Below are positions 1 through 13,409 of a stretch of DNA of 64,000 bases, one piece after another (within the stretch, counting starts at the first letter, position 1; every line of letters begins with the position of its first letter). The position numbers were made by a program, and so were the translations under genes. The notes beneath the pieces were generated by a model. It ran no database searches, was not told where the DNA came from, and was given only the letters and a program-made list of their open reading frames with translations. Source of the stretch: the human T2T-CHM13v2.0 reference genome, Homo sapiens. The stretch lies in assembly GCF_009914755.1 (NCBI RefSeq), contig NC_060929.1; one strand, written 5' to 3'.

Positions 1-796
1 AAAGTGGCTTGCCTTTGTTTAGCCACCTCAGAGTGTTCTCAAGGATGAGTGGCTTTCTGGGTAACATTTGCCAAAAGCATTGAAGGCAAAAGTACTGGCC
101 ACAGCAGACTGGAGCAAGGTACAACACTTGGGCCAAGCAATAGACAGACTATAAAGAGAAATCTGAAGTAAGTTCAGAAAAGAGATGTAATGGAAAAAAC
201 AAATTGGCCTTCTTGGGCATATTTTATTATCAGGATTTATGGATTATCAGACTTTACTTAGTTGTAATCTAAAATGTGGTGGCCTCCCAATAAATGGTTG
301 TTTAAATGATTGATTAGTGGATCCGTAGATGGATGGAATAAAAATGGTCTACATCCACTGTTTCTTATTTATTAAAAGTTAACTTTTTATCCTTTTCCAT
401 ATTTTTGTGTTTAATTCATATTTCTATAATAAGACCATAAGACCCTCTTATACTACTTTTAGAATATTAAAACAATCAATAATAGCATTATACATATATA
501 TCATTTTTAAACTGTTATGATTTAAAAATCATATTATTTAAGTTATGAAAACATAACTTATTAAAGTTATGATTTCATACTGAAAATATTAATGTCACTG
601 AAATAGTTTAATTATATCAGATTTTTCAGACATTTAAACATAAACTGAATTCACTTGGTATCAATCCAATGCAACTGTTTTTAAACAAACAATAAAACCA
701 CTTATGAAGACCTGTTCCTATTCTCCAGATTCCTTATATTCTATTAGACATTATTATCCAGATAGCTTGTTCTTTCTACCAAACTGGATATTGTCC

Positions 797-1822
797 TTTT
801 TTTCATGTTTTTAATTGATACATAATAATTGTATATATTTAGGGGGTATATAGTTTTATTTAGTTTTGTTTTTTGAGATGAGGTCTTGCTCTGTTGCCCA
901 GGCTAGAGTGCAGTGTTACAATCATAGCTCACTGTAGCCTCAAACTCCTGGACTCAAGCTATCCGCATGCTTCAGCCTCCTAAGTAACTGGAACAACAGG
1001 CACATGCCACCATGCCTGGATAATTTATTTTTATTTTTATTTTTTCACAGAGTGGGTCTCACCATGTTGCCCAGGCTGGTCTCAAACTCCTGGCCTAAAG
1101 CAATCCTGTCACCTCAGCCTCCCAAAGTAATGGGATTACGAATGTGAGCCACTGCGCACAGCAGTACATAGTGATGTTGTGACACATGTAATGTATAGTG
1201 ATCAAATCAGGGTAATTAGCATATCTATCATCTCCAAAATTTATCATTTCTTTGTGTTGGCAACATTCAATATCCTCCTAGCTATTTGAAACTATATAAT
1301 ATATTATTGTTAACTATTGTCATCCTACATCTATACAACACTATAACTTATTCCTCCTATCTAGCTATAATTTATATCCTTTAACAAGACTCTCTATTTC
1401 CTCCTTCTCCATGCCTTTCCCAGCCTCTAGTATTTTCTGTTTGACCTTTTACTTCTATGAGATCAAAACTTTTTTAGCTTCCATACTGAGTGAAGACATG
1501 CAGTATTTAACTTTCTGTTACTAGCTTATTTCACCTAACATAATGTCCTTTATTTCCATCCATGTTGCCATGAATGACAAAATTTCACTCTTTTTATGGT
1601 TGAATAGTGTTCCATCGTGTGTGTATGCATTCGTTCATCTGTTGTTGGACACCTAGGTTGATTTCATATCTTGGCTATTCCAAATAGTGCTGTAATAAAC
1701 ATGGAGTGCAGATGTCTCTTTGATATACTGATTTCCTTTCCTTTGGGTAAATGCCCAGAACTAGGATTTCTGGATCATATGGTAGTTCTATTTTTAGTTT
1801 TTTTGAGGAACCGCCATACTGT
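797..1822 (-). mobile_element. L1MA-type LINE-1 3' fragment, split by an Alu
   Basis: T-rich tail followed by L1MA 3'UTR motifs. The minus-strand ORF 1675-1914 contains the ORF2 C-terminal motif [29 protein letters not shown]. Confidence 0.85.
855..1162 (-). mobile_element. AluJ-type SINE
   Basis: Reverse dimeric Alu with J-type features (ATCATAGCTCACTGTAGCCTCAAACTCCTGG). Degenerate TSD gtatatagt/gtacatagt. Confidence 0.9.
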
Positions 1823-3129
1823 CCTGAAATCTTGGACCATGGCAGAGTGTCACATAGGATGAGTTCAAAGTTTTCATGTGGATTAAACTGGCATGTACTA
1901 GATTTTTGAAACACTCAAAGCAATCAGAATGCTGTGAATCTTCCCAAGATGTTGTAAAGGGTCAAAATAATGAGACTAGAAAGAAAACGCATCAAGGCAG
2001 GAATAAGGAAAGAAAAATTAAAACTACTCTAGTCCCTCATGCACACTCAGTTCAGACTGTTCAATAAACCAGTTTTATAAGTCTAAATATAAATGTATTT
2101 ACTCTAGGAAAAATAGATTATTAGTATGATTATCCAATGAATTGCCATGTAGTACATCTCCTCTTTAGTATTTATCCCACTGGCAACCAGCTTATGATAG
2201 AATATAACAAATAAGCAAATAAACTGCCCCTAACCTAGCTATGTTGGCATTATCTTCATTTTTACTTTTAGAAGTCAAATCTAGTGTAGTTCAAATCACG
2301 TTTCTCACACCTCACTTTTTCCTCCCCCTCTCTTGGGACTTCAAATTCATCTTCAGGCTTCCCATTTTTATCTTCAAAGACAACCTGAACCCTTCAATCT
2401 CTTACCTTTGCTCTCCCCAGTACATGTTAACCTGCTGCACCTTTAAATATGTTGCCTACTGTTAAATAAATGTAAGAAACATCCTACCACTCAAATTTAC
2501 CTCCTTATAAGCTCTTCAGAAATCTTTCTTCCAATGGAAATGTTACTACTGTCCATTTTATCTCCTCCAAGTTTGACAATCAAACACATTACAAAATGCA
2601 AAAAGAAAAGGCAAAACTTGTACAGCTAGTAATTTGATCTTTTTCTAAATGTGTATATTACAAATTTTACATAAATACTTGCTTAATCAAATAATTTGCT
2701 TCCTGGGAAGTGACCTGGTCTTTTACTAGAGGGTTGTAAGTGGCAAAGGAGCCCATAATTGGGACAAGACACCAGGAAATACCAAACCAGGGCCATGTGC
2801 CAGGAATACGAGAGCAGCACTTACTCTAAGAGCACACAGACAGCCATAGATCTTGTCGTTGGGCAGAAATCTGAGAAGTGAAGGTACAGGTTTTTCTTAA
2901 GAGATTTCAATCATCTGAAGGGTTTTCCAAACAAAATTACATGGTGTACCTATAAATTTTCTAAATTCTCTGTCCCCATTCCCAGAAATGGGAGAGAAGT
3001 TGATGGGAAGGCAGAGAGAGAAACTGAACTCTCACTGCTACTATCAATTCTGTGCAGGCCTGAAACAATAAACTTGTCTCCCTAACAGTTCAGAAATCTA
3101 GTTGAAAAATGAGCACTTGTAAAGGGAAA

Positions 3130-3530
3130 GCACCCTGAAATGTTAGGAAGAACTTGCAGTTTTAGAGCCAGAAAGATGTGAATTCCAGTTCTGTCTCCAT
3201 CCTTCCTTTGATATATGTTCCTTGGCAAGTTGTTAATTTCTCAGAGACTATAATATCTCCCTGGCAGGACTGTGGTAAATAATAAACAAAATACTCTCTG
3301 TAAAACATTTAGGTCTATGCCTGGCACACAATAGGTACTGGACAAATGGGGATATCTTGAGTGTCTCTGAATGACCTTTTGAGAGTTCCCCCCTCTGGGC
3401 CTAAGTTTTGTTATCTATAAAATGGGTATATTAATATCCCATCACTATGTTGTTACAGGTAATAAACTAGACAATCTGAATGCAATAACTAGTATGATAA
3501 AGAGTGTATAAAAGTATTAAGTAAACATCA
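3130..3530 (+). mobile_element. MIR/L2 relics
   Basis: MIR core-like motifs (CTTGGCAAGTT; CCTAAGTTTTGTTATCTATAAAATGGG) and the MIR/L2 3' motif GCCTGGCACACAATAGG. Confidence 0.55.
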
Positions 3531-4059
3531 TTTATTTTCCTTGTTAAATCAATTTTTTCAAAATGGTTTTTGATTAATGTGAATTGAGTAGTGAAACTGG
3601 AGCTAATGACAGACCAAAAATTGTATAGGAGACAGGCAATTCATCCTCCGACAACTGGGTAACCAGGAGAAAAGACCCAACATTGCAGATCTTTGACACT
3701 TGGGAGTCTAAAGCTTACTTTTCTTCCCACAAAAGTTCCAACTAATGGAGAAGTCCTACAAAGAATGGATGGCCAAACAGGAATCACAGTGTCTGCTGTA
3801 TTAATGGCTGGGCCAGCACCTAATAACTTCCAACACACAGGGCCCAACTGTCAACTGTGAGGAAGAATAAATTTTAAGCCTTGGGACAAAATAATGGTCC
3901 TGACTCCTCCCAAATCTTGGTCCAAACTATGGGGAATGCAGTCTGTAGAGCACACCAAATCCACTTACCCAGCCAGCTTCAAGGAAGACAGCATCCTGCC
4001 GCATGGGTGATCACCTGGAGAACATTGCAGCTAGAGAGTTGAACTAAGAGGCCAGAGAT

Positions 4060-4397
<338 letters not shown>

Positions 4398-4675
4398 TTA
4401 AAGAGAGGCAGGTACAGCGCCTCAGGTCAAAGAGAGGCAGGACAGAGCCAGTTTCCCCAGCAAAAGGCATATTGATCACACTCACTAGTAAAATTGCCTG
4501 ATCAATTAGCTCCACCCCTCCTCCTCCCTGGGGAGAATTGAGCACTGAGGTAGAGAGGAGCAGAAGAGACTCAAACACTCTCCACTCCTGGGAAAAGAAA
4601 GCTTGAGGAGAAGATTCCTAGTTGCATAAGGAAGAGGATAAGTGTCCCCTCCTTCCCCTCCCCAGGTCAAAGCTA

Positions 4676-4969
<294 letters not shown>

Positions 4970-6725
4970 TTAGGCAGATTGAAGAGGGGTCACAAATAGC
5001 ACCAGAACTAGAGGTTGATTGGGAAGCCACCAAGATGTTTAAGGAAGCTACTGCATGTAGCCAGAGGCAAGGAGATTGCCAGGAGGCTTTGACAGAAGAG
5101 CAGGTCAGGGTGGGCCTTCTGCCAAGGCAGGAAGCAGGTCCTTAATATGAGAAACCCAGAGTCTCAGGTAGATAGAGCAAATAAAAGTGTGCCACCAAAG
5201 AGGCTTATGAATACAAAATGGGGAAATTAGCACTAAACAAAGGGTCAAGATATCTGGGCAGTCATTGCAGCCATTCTGACTGTACTGCTAACTAGCCATT
5301 GACCTCTAAACGTATCATTTTTCATCTCTGGACATCAGTTCCCTCAAATATAAAAATAAGTATCTTCCTTCTCCAACAATAAATGATCATAGAAAAGGAG
5401 ATGTGCATTGTTTGGTGATGCATTCAATCTGTCCTGTGTCACCTGGATGCAGAAGACATGGGAACTATTGTCTTCTCAACAATGACAATGGAGCACATAT
5501 TGAACAGAGGATATCTGTTCAAACACCACCCCAAAGTCCCAGAAATGCTGGGTGTGTTCTGCAGCAGGATATGAAAAGTGAAATAAGAAACTTTAAACTA
5601 TATAAGCAGGCTCGCCTTCTTTTTCATATTTTTCTAGGAAATCAGTGAAACAAGAGAACAGCTCCAAGGACAGAACTTGTATTTGAAAATAATGATAGAT
5701 GATACATTCTGAACAATTACTTATATGATTTTTTTTCTCTGTCTTCGTTTTCTCTCTCCCAAGCCCACACTTATAAAATATTGCAGTAAAGAAAAGGTCT
5801 TCCACTACAAAAAGTGCTTCAGGAAAGAGAGGACATTGTCATTTTTTTCAGGCCCTAAAAATATTGTGTATTGTAGAACTCAAATCCTGGAAAGGAGATT
5901 CTAACTTATCTATAAAGCTGAAATCTCCTCTGAAGGAGATTATATACCGCAGGATAGAGCCATATCTTTTCCTTTCTCTGGTAGAGAAAGAAGGCTTCAT
6001 ATTTGAATCTCTAAATTGTACCATTCTGAAAATCCACAAATAAAGAAATGCTTAGGAAAAAAGTGGGCTCCTGCTGACTAATTCTGAAATTGTAAGATTG
6101 TTCTCATTTTCATTTCCAGCAACCAAAAGAAGGAACACTTCTGGCCACATTCTCTCTCTATTTAAAGGATATGTGGCCAGTCTATGGGAACACCATGGTG
6201 GTAACTATGTGATTCTGAGTACTATGACTAACATACTTCTGAAAGCACAGATTTTTGGGGGCTTTTAGAAGATCCTGACAACATTTTAATATTTTATGGA
6301 GATATTAAAAGGGATTTCTCTCTTTCTGTATCACTGTAAAAGGAAGAAACAATTTAAAGCAACCTGGCACTCTTAGGAGCATATAATTCTTGATGGCAGC
6401 TCTTGCCTCTGCAGTTGTTTATATTTCACAATGAGGATTATGTCATTACCCTACAGGTAGCCCCATCCAAATACAATCTTATTACTAAAAGATTCTAGAA
6501 TTTAATGGCTATCCCACAATAGACTGCTTTTCAGACATCAGTAGGATTTTCCAAATATCAAGGATATAATTTGCTGCATTGAAGTTGAATGAACTGCAAA
6601 TTTTATTTACAGGTTTTTCATATACAGATATTTCTTGCCTGATCAGAGACTGATGTAGAGCTTCTGAAGCTGCCCAAAATATATCCCATTTGATGTTTCC
6701 TAAAGTTCTTTTAAGAGAACCTGAG

Positions 6726-7322
6726 CTCTTCCTGTTCTCTATCATGGCGGATCAAGGTGAAAAGGAGAACCCCATGCAGAAACTTCACATCTGCAAGCTC
6801 TGCCTCAACATCTGTGTGGAGGAGAGTGGAGACAGACTAACCCGAGCAGCCAAGGCATTGGAGCAGCTCACAGGGCAGAGTCCTGTGTTTTCCAGAGCTA
6901 GATACAATCAGATCCTCTGGCATGCAGAGAAATGAAAAGATTGCTGTCCACTGCACAGTTCAAGGATCCAAGGCAGAAGAAATCCTGGAGAAGGATCTAA
7001 AGGTGCAGAAGTATGAGTTAAGAAAAAATAACTTCTCAGATACTAGAAACTTTGGTTTTGGGATCCAGGAACACATCGATTTGGGTATCATATATGACCC
7101 AAGCATTGGTATCTACGGCCTGGACTTCTCTGTGGTGCTGGGTAGGCCAGGTTTCAGCATCACAGACAAGAAGCACAGGACAGGCTGCACTGGGGCCAAA
7201 CACAGACTCAGCAAAGAGGAGATGATGCGTTGCTTCCAGCATAAGTATGATGGGATCATCCTTCCTGACAAATAAACCCGTTTCCATCAAAAAGGCCAAT
7301 AAAAAGTTTTTGGTGGAAAAAA
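6726..7322 (+). pseudogene. RPL11: Processed pseudogene of ribosomal protein uL5/RPL11
   Basis: Pyrimidine-rich leader, ATG at 6744 ([11 protein letters not shown]...) and intronless CDS to TAA at 7275 (...YDGIILPDK). One frameshift near 6905-6910. AATAAA, short A tail, and TSD AAGAGAACC at 6713-6721 and 7323-7331. Confidence 0.97.
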
Positions 7323-7886
7323 AAGAGAACCAGAAAGCTCAGCCTTCCTTAGACTTTATTTGCTGGGCACAGAAAATCATGCGCAGCCTTGCCAACCTTC
7401 TAAGGAATCAGAGAAAGCCTCATCCCACTGACTCATGACATTTAGAAATAATCTGCCAATGTAGACCTGGTTTCCGGTTTGAGGCCTGAGTCCACTATCA
7501 TGGTCTTGCATCTGCTGTATTGACTCAGACTATGTAACCACAGTTCAGCCTCGACTTCCCTACTAGAACCTTCAGTTCCTTACCTGGGGGTGATGAGAGG
7601 ATGGGCAAAGGGGAGTGCTCCCTAGGTTCTCATTCTCCATCTGTCCACTGGGTCCTGTTGCAAGGGGGTAAACCCTGGGAATCCCATTGTCTTTGCCCTC
7701 CAGACTCCTGATGTTGCTCCCTAACACTGACCTGTTGATCATCCTCCCTAACAGGGATTAATTCTCATGGACAACTCCAAACTCCCACTTGAGGCAAGAG
7801 GCAAAATTGCTATAGATTAGTGCCTTTTGGAGATTTAATTACTAGTTTTTCCAGATATTTTCCTGAAGATGATAAAGAGTCAAAAT

Positions 7887-8068
7887 AGCTGAGCAAGGTG
7901 GCTCATGCCTGCAATATCAGCACTTTGGGAGGCTGAGGTGGGAAGATCACTTGAGCCCAGGAAGTCAAGGCTGCAGTGAGCCATGATCACACCACTGCAC
8001 TACAGCCTGGGCAATACAGCAGGACACTGTCTCAAAAACAAAAAACAAACAAACCAAAAAAAAAAAAA
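7887..8068 (+). mobile_element. Alu monomer (FRAM/AluJ-derived)
   Basis: Single ~150-bp arm (GAGCCCAGGAAGTCAAGGCTGCAGTGAGCCATGATC) with an A-rich tail. AAAGAGT occurs on both sides. Confidence 0.85.
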
Positions 8069-8361
8069 AGAGTGGCAGAGTGGCTAAATAGATTGTTTTG
8101 CTTTAATTCTCCTTCTTGACAAAGTTCTTTGATGAGTGAATGACTGAAGTTAAAAGTTCACAGGGAAGCAAAAGGAAAAACGAATGAAGTAATCTGGGTA
8201 ATCAACTGCTGAATAATTTAGAAAAGATATTACATGCTGACAAAATGGGAAGTCTGAGCATATCACTTGTTTGCCTTTTGCTGCAATTAAACTTGTGGTA
8301 TAATGCCAAATCAAGTGTTGTAAGATTTGAGAATGATACATTTAATTCCATGTGCTTAAAC

Positions 8362-8664
<303 letters not shown>

Positions 8665-9581
8665 AAAATTTTTAAAAATATGAACGGAAGAATAAAGTTA
8701 CCCATTCAATTAGATTTATCAAAGACATTATGCCTTCAAACTGAATAACAAAAAAATAATTGCACGTTATTTTATCATAATTTGAAATTAAAATGGACAT
8801 CTATGCCAGAATACTAAATAGTACATTTGTTTCAATGTCATTACATTTTTTTGAATATTATTTTTGCAGAGTAAAAGGATAAGGCAAAGTGTAGTTATTT
8901 CAACTGTTATGGTGCCCTCCTCTCAGAGCCATGGCTATACAGGAAGTTATTATTCTATTCTCCCTATTTTGTGTGTGTTTAAAAATTTACATAATAAAGG
9001 AAAAAGTTTTTAAATTTCTTGTGAGACACAGATGAGTCAGACCTCTTCACTTTAATTCTCAACAGATGCAGCCTTCCATCTCTCTCTAAAAGCATTCAGT
9101 TTCCTGGAACATTTAACATCACCTTCAAAGAATGCTAAGAGCTCTGAACTGCTCTTTCTGTGTCTTATCCCCTCATTCTCTCTAACACCCTGCGTCTTCC
9201 ACTGACAGCCTGGGATGGCAAACAGACTCTACAATCATCGTGTCTGTGGTCTCAGTTCAACTTTTTACCAGTCTATATGGCGAAATGGCTGCTTGCCACA
9301 TCCAGCTGTAAGAAAAGGCAGGCCCTTCTCCATCGTTGTTTAGCCACTAGAGAAAAAAATGCAGAGATGGTGCTTGCAGGCTTAAAGGGGTTTCAGGGAA
9401 GTCTCTTTTATCAGCTGAGCTACACAATGATCCCACAAAAAGAGCCAGGTTTTATATCAACCTCTTCTTTTGATCTTCTGTGACCTAGAGACTCACATAA
9501 CAATAGTGTGCTCTGGCCCCAGACTCTCCAGATTGAATGAACCCTTTCTTTTCTCTTAGTTCCCACTTTGTCTTACTTTTC

Positions 9582-9698
9582 TTTTTTAACAGCTTTATTG
9601 AGATATAATTTATATATCATACAATGCACCCATTTAAAGTGACTAATCCAATGGTTCCTAATATGTTCACAGAGTTGTGCAACCATCACCACAATCAA
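9582..9698 (-). mobile_element. L1MB-like extreme 3' fragment
   Basis: ACAGCTTTATTGAGATATAATT...CACAGAGTTGTGCAACCATCACCACAATC motif. Confidence 0.7.
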
Positions 9699-10339
9699 GT
9701 CACTGATTCCCTTCTACTTTGTAAGTATCTCCCTTTACATTATAAGAGATTCTCCCTTTGAATTATAAATCCCAGAGTGCACGATGCCCCCTCCCTGTGT
9801 CTATGCCTCCCCTATAGCATCTAGCTCCAGATGTCAATATCAGTCATTCTAGATGCTTGTAGTATTATCACTCCCCACTTCTGCCCTTGTTCTACCTCTC
9901 TATCCTATGTTCAAATTTATAGAAAAAAGACAAATGTAGGCAGAAGAAAAATAATGTAAATACCATCATCAAACTGCTAATCAAAAAACTCTCTTCTTCT
10001 AGCCATGTCCCAATTATTAAGGTTTTGTTCTAAAAATAAAAATTAAAAAAACACTAAACAATTTTGGCTAATATCGTAAAATATGTGTTTCTGCAATGAG
10101 GCTGATATGACAGATATCACAAACCAAATATCTTATGCAGCTGTACCAAGTAAGAGCCCTACCAGAACTTGTTTCTGACTCTTGGATCCCTCAGTCCAGT
10201 CAAGGACATAAAAGAGATTGGAGACACTGGTAGGTTGAGAATATGGTGACAAGATCTCTTTGGAGAGGGCTCTCCTCTCCTCATCTCTAATACTTTAGAG
10301 GATGGGTTAAGGTATGCTGCCTTCTATCGCCAAACCTAG

Positions 10340-11071
10340 TTGGGGAGTCTCAGGGAACCCCTGCAACAGCTTGGAAATGTGCTCCCTGCTATTGGAGACA
10401 TGAAAGACTGGTGCCTGACTTGGCCTGATGAAGCTCAAGTGGTCTGGGGACTAGGAAGTCTGGAAGCTCATTAACTGCTTGGATGGAGAAGCCAAGAGAC
10501 CACTACGGCATCAGGACCGAGCCGAATGATGCTTTGTGTTTCACAACAGGTGTGTGTCAGGAAGGAGAGAGTGTCAGGGAGAGGTTATCCTCCTTCGCAG
10601 TCAACAGGACTATTTACAGGAAGGAAGAGCAGAAAGAGGCTGAGGTGTGTGGTGGATGCCCAGGAAGCAATCCATCTAAGTCCAGGGAGCTGCATAAGAG
10701 AAGCACCCAAGAGAGAAGCGTCGGCTTCATCATCTCCAGACCCACCCTGGAGCATCAGCTTTAACCATCCATATGTCCAGAGAAGCCGAAGCTTCCTAGC
10801 CAAGCAGTGCCCTCCCCTATACCTCTGCTCTCTCCTACCCTTAACACTGGCAGTTCCAAAATAGCAGTTTGTGAGATAGGAAGGAGGTGAGATGAGAGAG
10901 AGCCAGGAACTCACCCTGTCCCTACAGCAGGGAGCAGCCTGGAGCAGGTACAATCTGGGAAACAGGAGAAGAGGCGACCAAGGTCAGATCTTTGTTATCC
11001 CATGGTCAGGACATTCTAATTACTGAATTGTGAGTGTGTTCATGTCCTAAAGTGACTATAGGATTGTCACA
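10340..11071. mobile_element. Possible ancient LTR immediately upstream of the SUGP1 retrocopy
   Basis: Purine-rich, moderately GC-rich block ending TGTCACA, which resembles an LTR terminus. Family not recognised. Confidence 0.3.
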
Positions 11072-11087
11072 TGAGACTGAGTAGAGA

Positions 11088-13160
11088 GACTGTGGGACTG
11101 GATGAGTCTCAAGATGGACAACCGGGACGTTGCAGGAAAGGCTAACCGGTGGTTTGGGGTTTCTCCCCCTAAATCTGGAAAAATGAACATGAACATCCTT
11201 CACCAGGAACAGCTCATCGCTCAGAAGAAAGGGGAAATTGGATCCAAAATGCAACAGAAAGCCAAGCAGAATGAGGTGGCCAGCCCACAGCCCCCATATC
11301 CCGGCGAAATCACAAATGCACACAACTCTTCCTCCGTTTCAAACAAGTTTGCCAACGACGGTAGCTTCTTGCAGCAGTTTCTGAAGTTGCAGATGGCACA
11401 GACGAGCACAGATGCCCCTCACCCCCAACGCCAGGGCGCCCAGTGCCCCTCCCGGCACGCCTACCTCCTGCGCCGGGAAGAGGTCCCTCCTCATCAGCAG
11501 GCGGATAGGCCTAGGGCTGGCCAACCCGCCAGGCCGGTGAAGAGCTACTCTACTCGCACGCCAAGCAGCTGCCTGTGGCGCACCGCCCGAGTGTCTTCCA
11601 GTCCCACGACGAGGGTGAGGAGGAGGACTAGAAGCAGTGGCTGGAGATCAAAGTTTCACCCCCAGAGGGAGTCGAGACTCGGAAAGTGATAGAGAAATTG
11701 GCCCCTTTGTGGCAGAAGCAGGCCCCGAGTTAGAAAAAGTGATTACGGAGGACTACAAGGATAACCTGGCGTTTCCATTTTTGCACGGTAAGAATAGCAG
11801 GCAATTCCTCTACCACAGAAAGGAAGTGGCTGAGATAAGAAAGGAAGAGCAGAAGTCGCAGGCAGCCTCTCAGAAAGTTTCACCCCCAGAGGACGAAGAG
11901 GTCAAGAACCTTGCAGAAAAGTTGGCCGAGTTCATAGCGCGCGGGGATCCCGAGATGGAAACCATCGCCCTCCAGAAAAACCGCGAAAACCAGGCGTTCA
12001 GCTTTCTGTACGAGCCAGCCCAACAGCCAAGCGTCCAACTGCTACTGACAGAAGCTGGAGGAGTTCCAGAAAGCCAAGGCCGGCTCCACAGGCACCCGAC
12101 CCCGGCCTGAAGCGCAGGTCTCCTCCTGAGGCCCGACAACCACCTGCCCCGCCTCGTCCTCGCCTGTGTCCCCCCCGTCATCCCCGCTCCAGGCGCCCCC
12201 GGGGAGCCAGCCTCCGCAGCCACCGTCAAGAGGAAGCCGAAGAGCCGGTGGAGGCCTGAAGAGAACAAAGTAGAGCTCTCACCTGCTGAGCTGGTGCAGA
12301 GGGACGTGGATGCCTCTCCCTCACCTCTGTCAGTTCAGGACCTCAAGGGGCTCGGCTATGAGAACGGGAAGTCCGTGGGTCTAGCGGGCCTCACGGAGCT
12401 ATCGTGCTCCCAGAAGCAGCAGCTGAAGGACCAGCAGGAGATGCATCAGATGTACGACATGATCATGCAGCACAAGTGGGCCATGCAGGATATGCAGCTG
12501 CTGTGGGAGAAGGCGGTGCAGCAGCACCAGCACGGCTACCACAGCGACGAGGAGGTGAGCAGCGAGCTGCGCACCTGGGAGCACCAGCTGCAGCGCATGG
12601 AGATGAACAAGACGAGGGAATGGGCCGAGCAGCTGACGAAGATGAGCCGAGGCAAGCACTTCATCGGAGACTTCCTACCTCCAGACAAGCTGGAGAAGTT
12701 TATGGAGACTTTCAAGGCCCTGAAGGAGGGTCGCGAGCCTGACTACTCGGAGTACAAGGAGTTCAAGCTCACCGAGGAGAACGTGCTGATGAAGATGGGC
12801 TGGAAGGAGGGTGAGGGCCTCAGCGAGCCAGGGCATCAAGAACCCGGTCAACAAGGGCAGCACCGCAGTGGCTGGTGCCGGCTTCGGCATTGACCCGCCA
12901 GCCGCTGTCTCCAAGGAAGACGGCGAGAACTAGGCCTTCCTCAAGAGGATGATGCCGGCCTACCGCTTCCGGCCCAACCCCCCGGAACAACCCCAGACGG
13001 TCTTACTACTGAGTGTTCTGGAAACACGTACTTTCTGAATGACCAACCGTCCCTGGACTGTAGCATGTTCCGACCTGTATTTCTGCCCACCCCTCCCGTT
13101 GTCACGAGTGCCGTGCTGTGTCATAAAGTCCCAGTGCTCATCCAAAAAAAAAAAAAAAAT
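11088..13160 (+). pseudogene. SUGP1: Full-length processed pseudogene of SUGP1 (SF4; SURP and G-patch splicing factor)
   Basis: Runs from ATG 11102 ([20 protein letters not shown]...) through two SURP-like repeats and a G-patch remnant ([12 protein letters not shown]) to ...YY-TGA near 13012. Intronless, with several frameshifts, stops and deletions. Poly-A at 13144-13159. TSD AGACTGAGTAGAGA at 11074-11087 and AGAATGAGTAGAGA at 13161-13174. Confidence 0.97.
11400..13110. promoter_or_regulatory. CpG-island-like segment within the SUGP1 retrocopy
   Basis: GC-rich, with about 5-6 CpG per 60 bp in sampled lines (11941-12000, 12121-12180) against mostly 0-1 in the flanks. Regulatory activity is not shown. 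Confidence 0.6.
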
Positions 13161-13409
13161 AGAATGAGTAGAGAAATCATGGGACTTCTAGAGTTTTCCT
13201 CCAGGGAGAGGAAATTATCATCACCAAATGAAGTTTAAACACACAGTGGTAAGATTATTTTTATTTAAGCTGTGTGGTTATCACCACACTTGTTCAGCAT
13301 ACCAGTTGTATAGATATTGTAAGAATGATTACATGTTTTCAGTCTTCTTAATGATAAATATCACTGTGTTGGACATTTATTATGTACAAGGCAGTATGGT
13401 AAACACATA

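Noticed and set aside
6690-7275. Functional RPL11 retrogene
   Set aside because: There is a frameshift near 6905-6910 and substitutions at residues that are normally invariant.
11870-12914. Antisense and alternative-frame ORFs in the SUGP1 copy
   Set aside because: Expected by-products of GC-rich former coding sequence.
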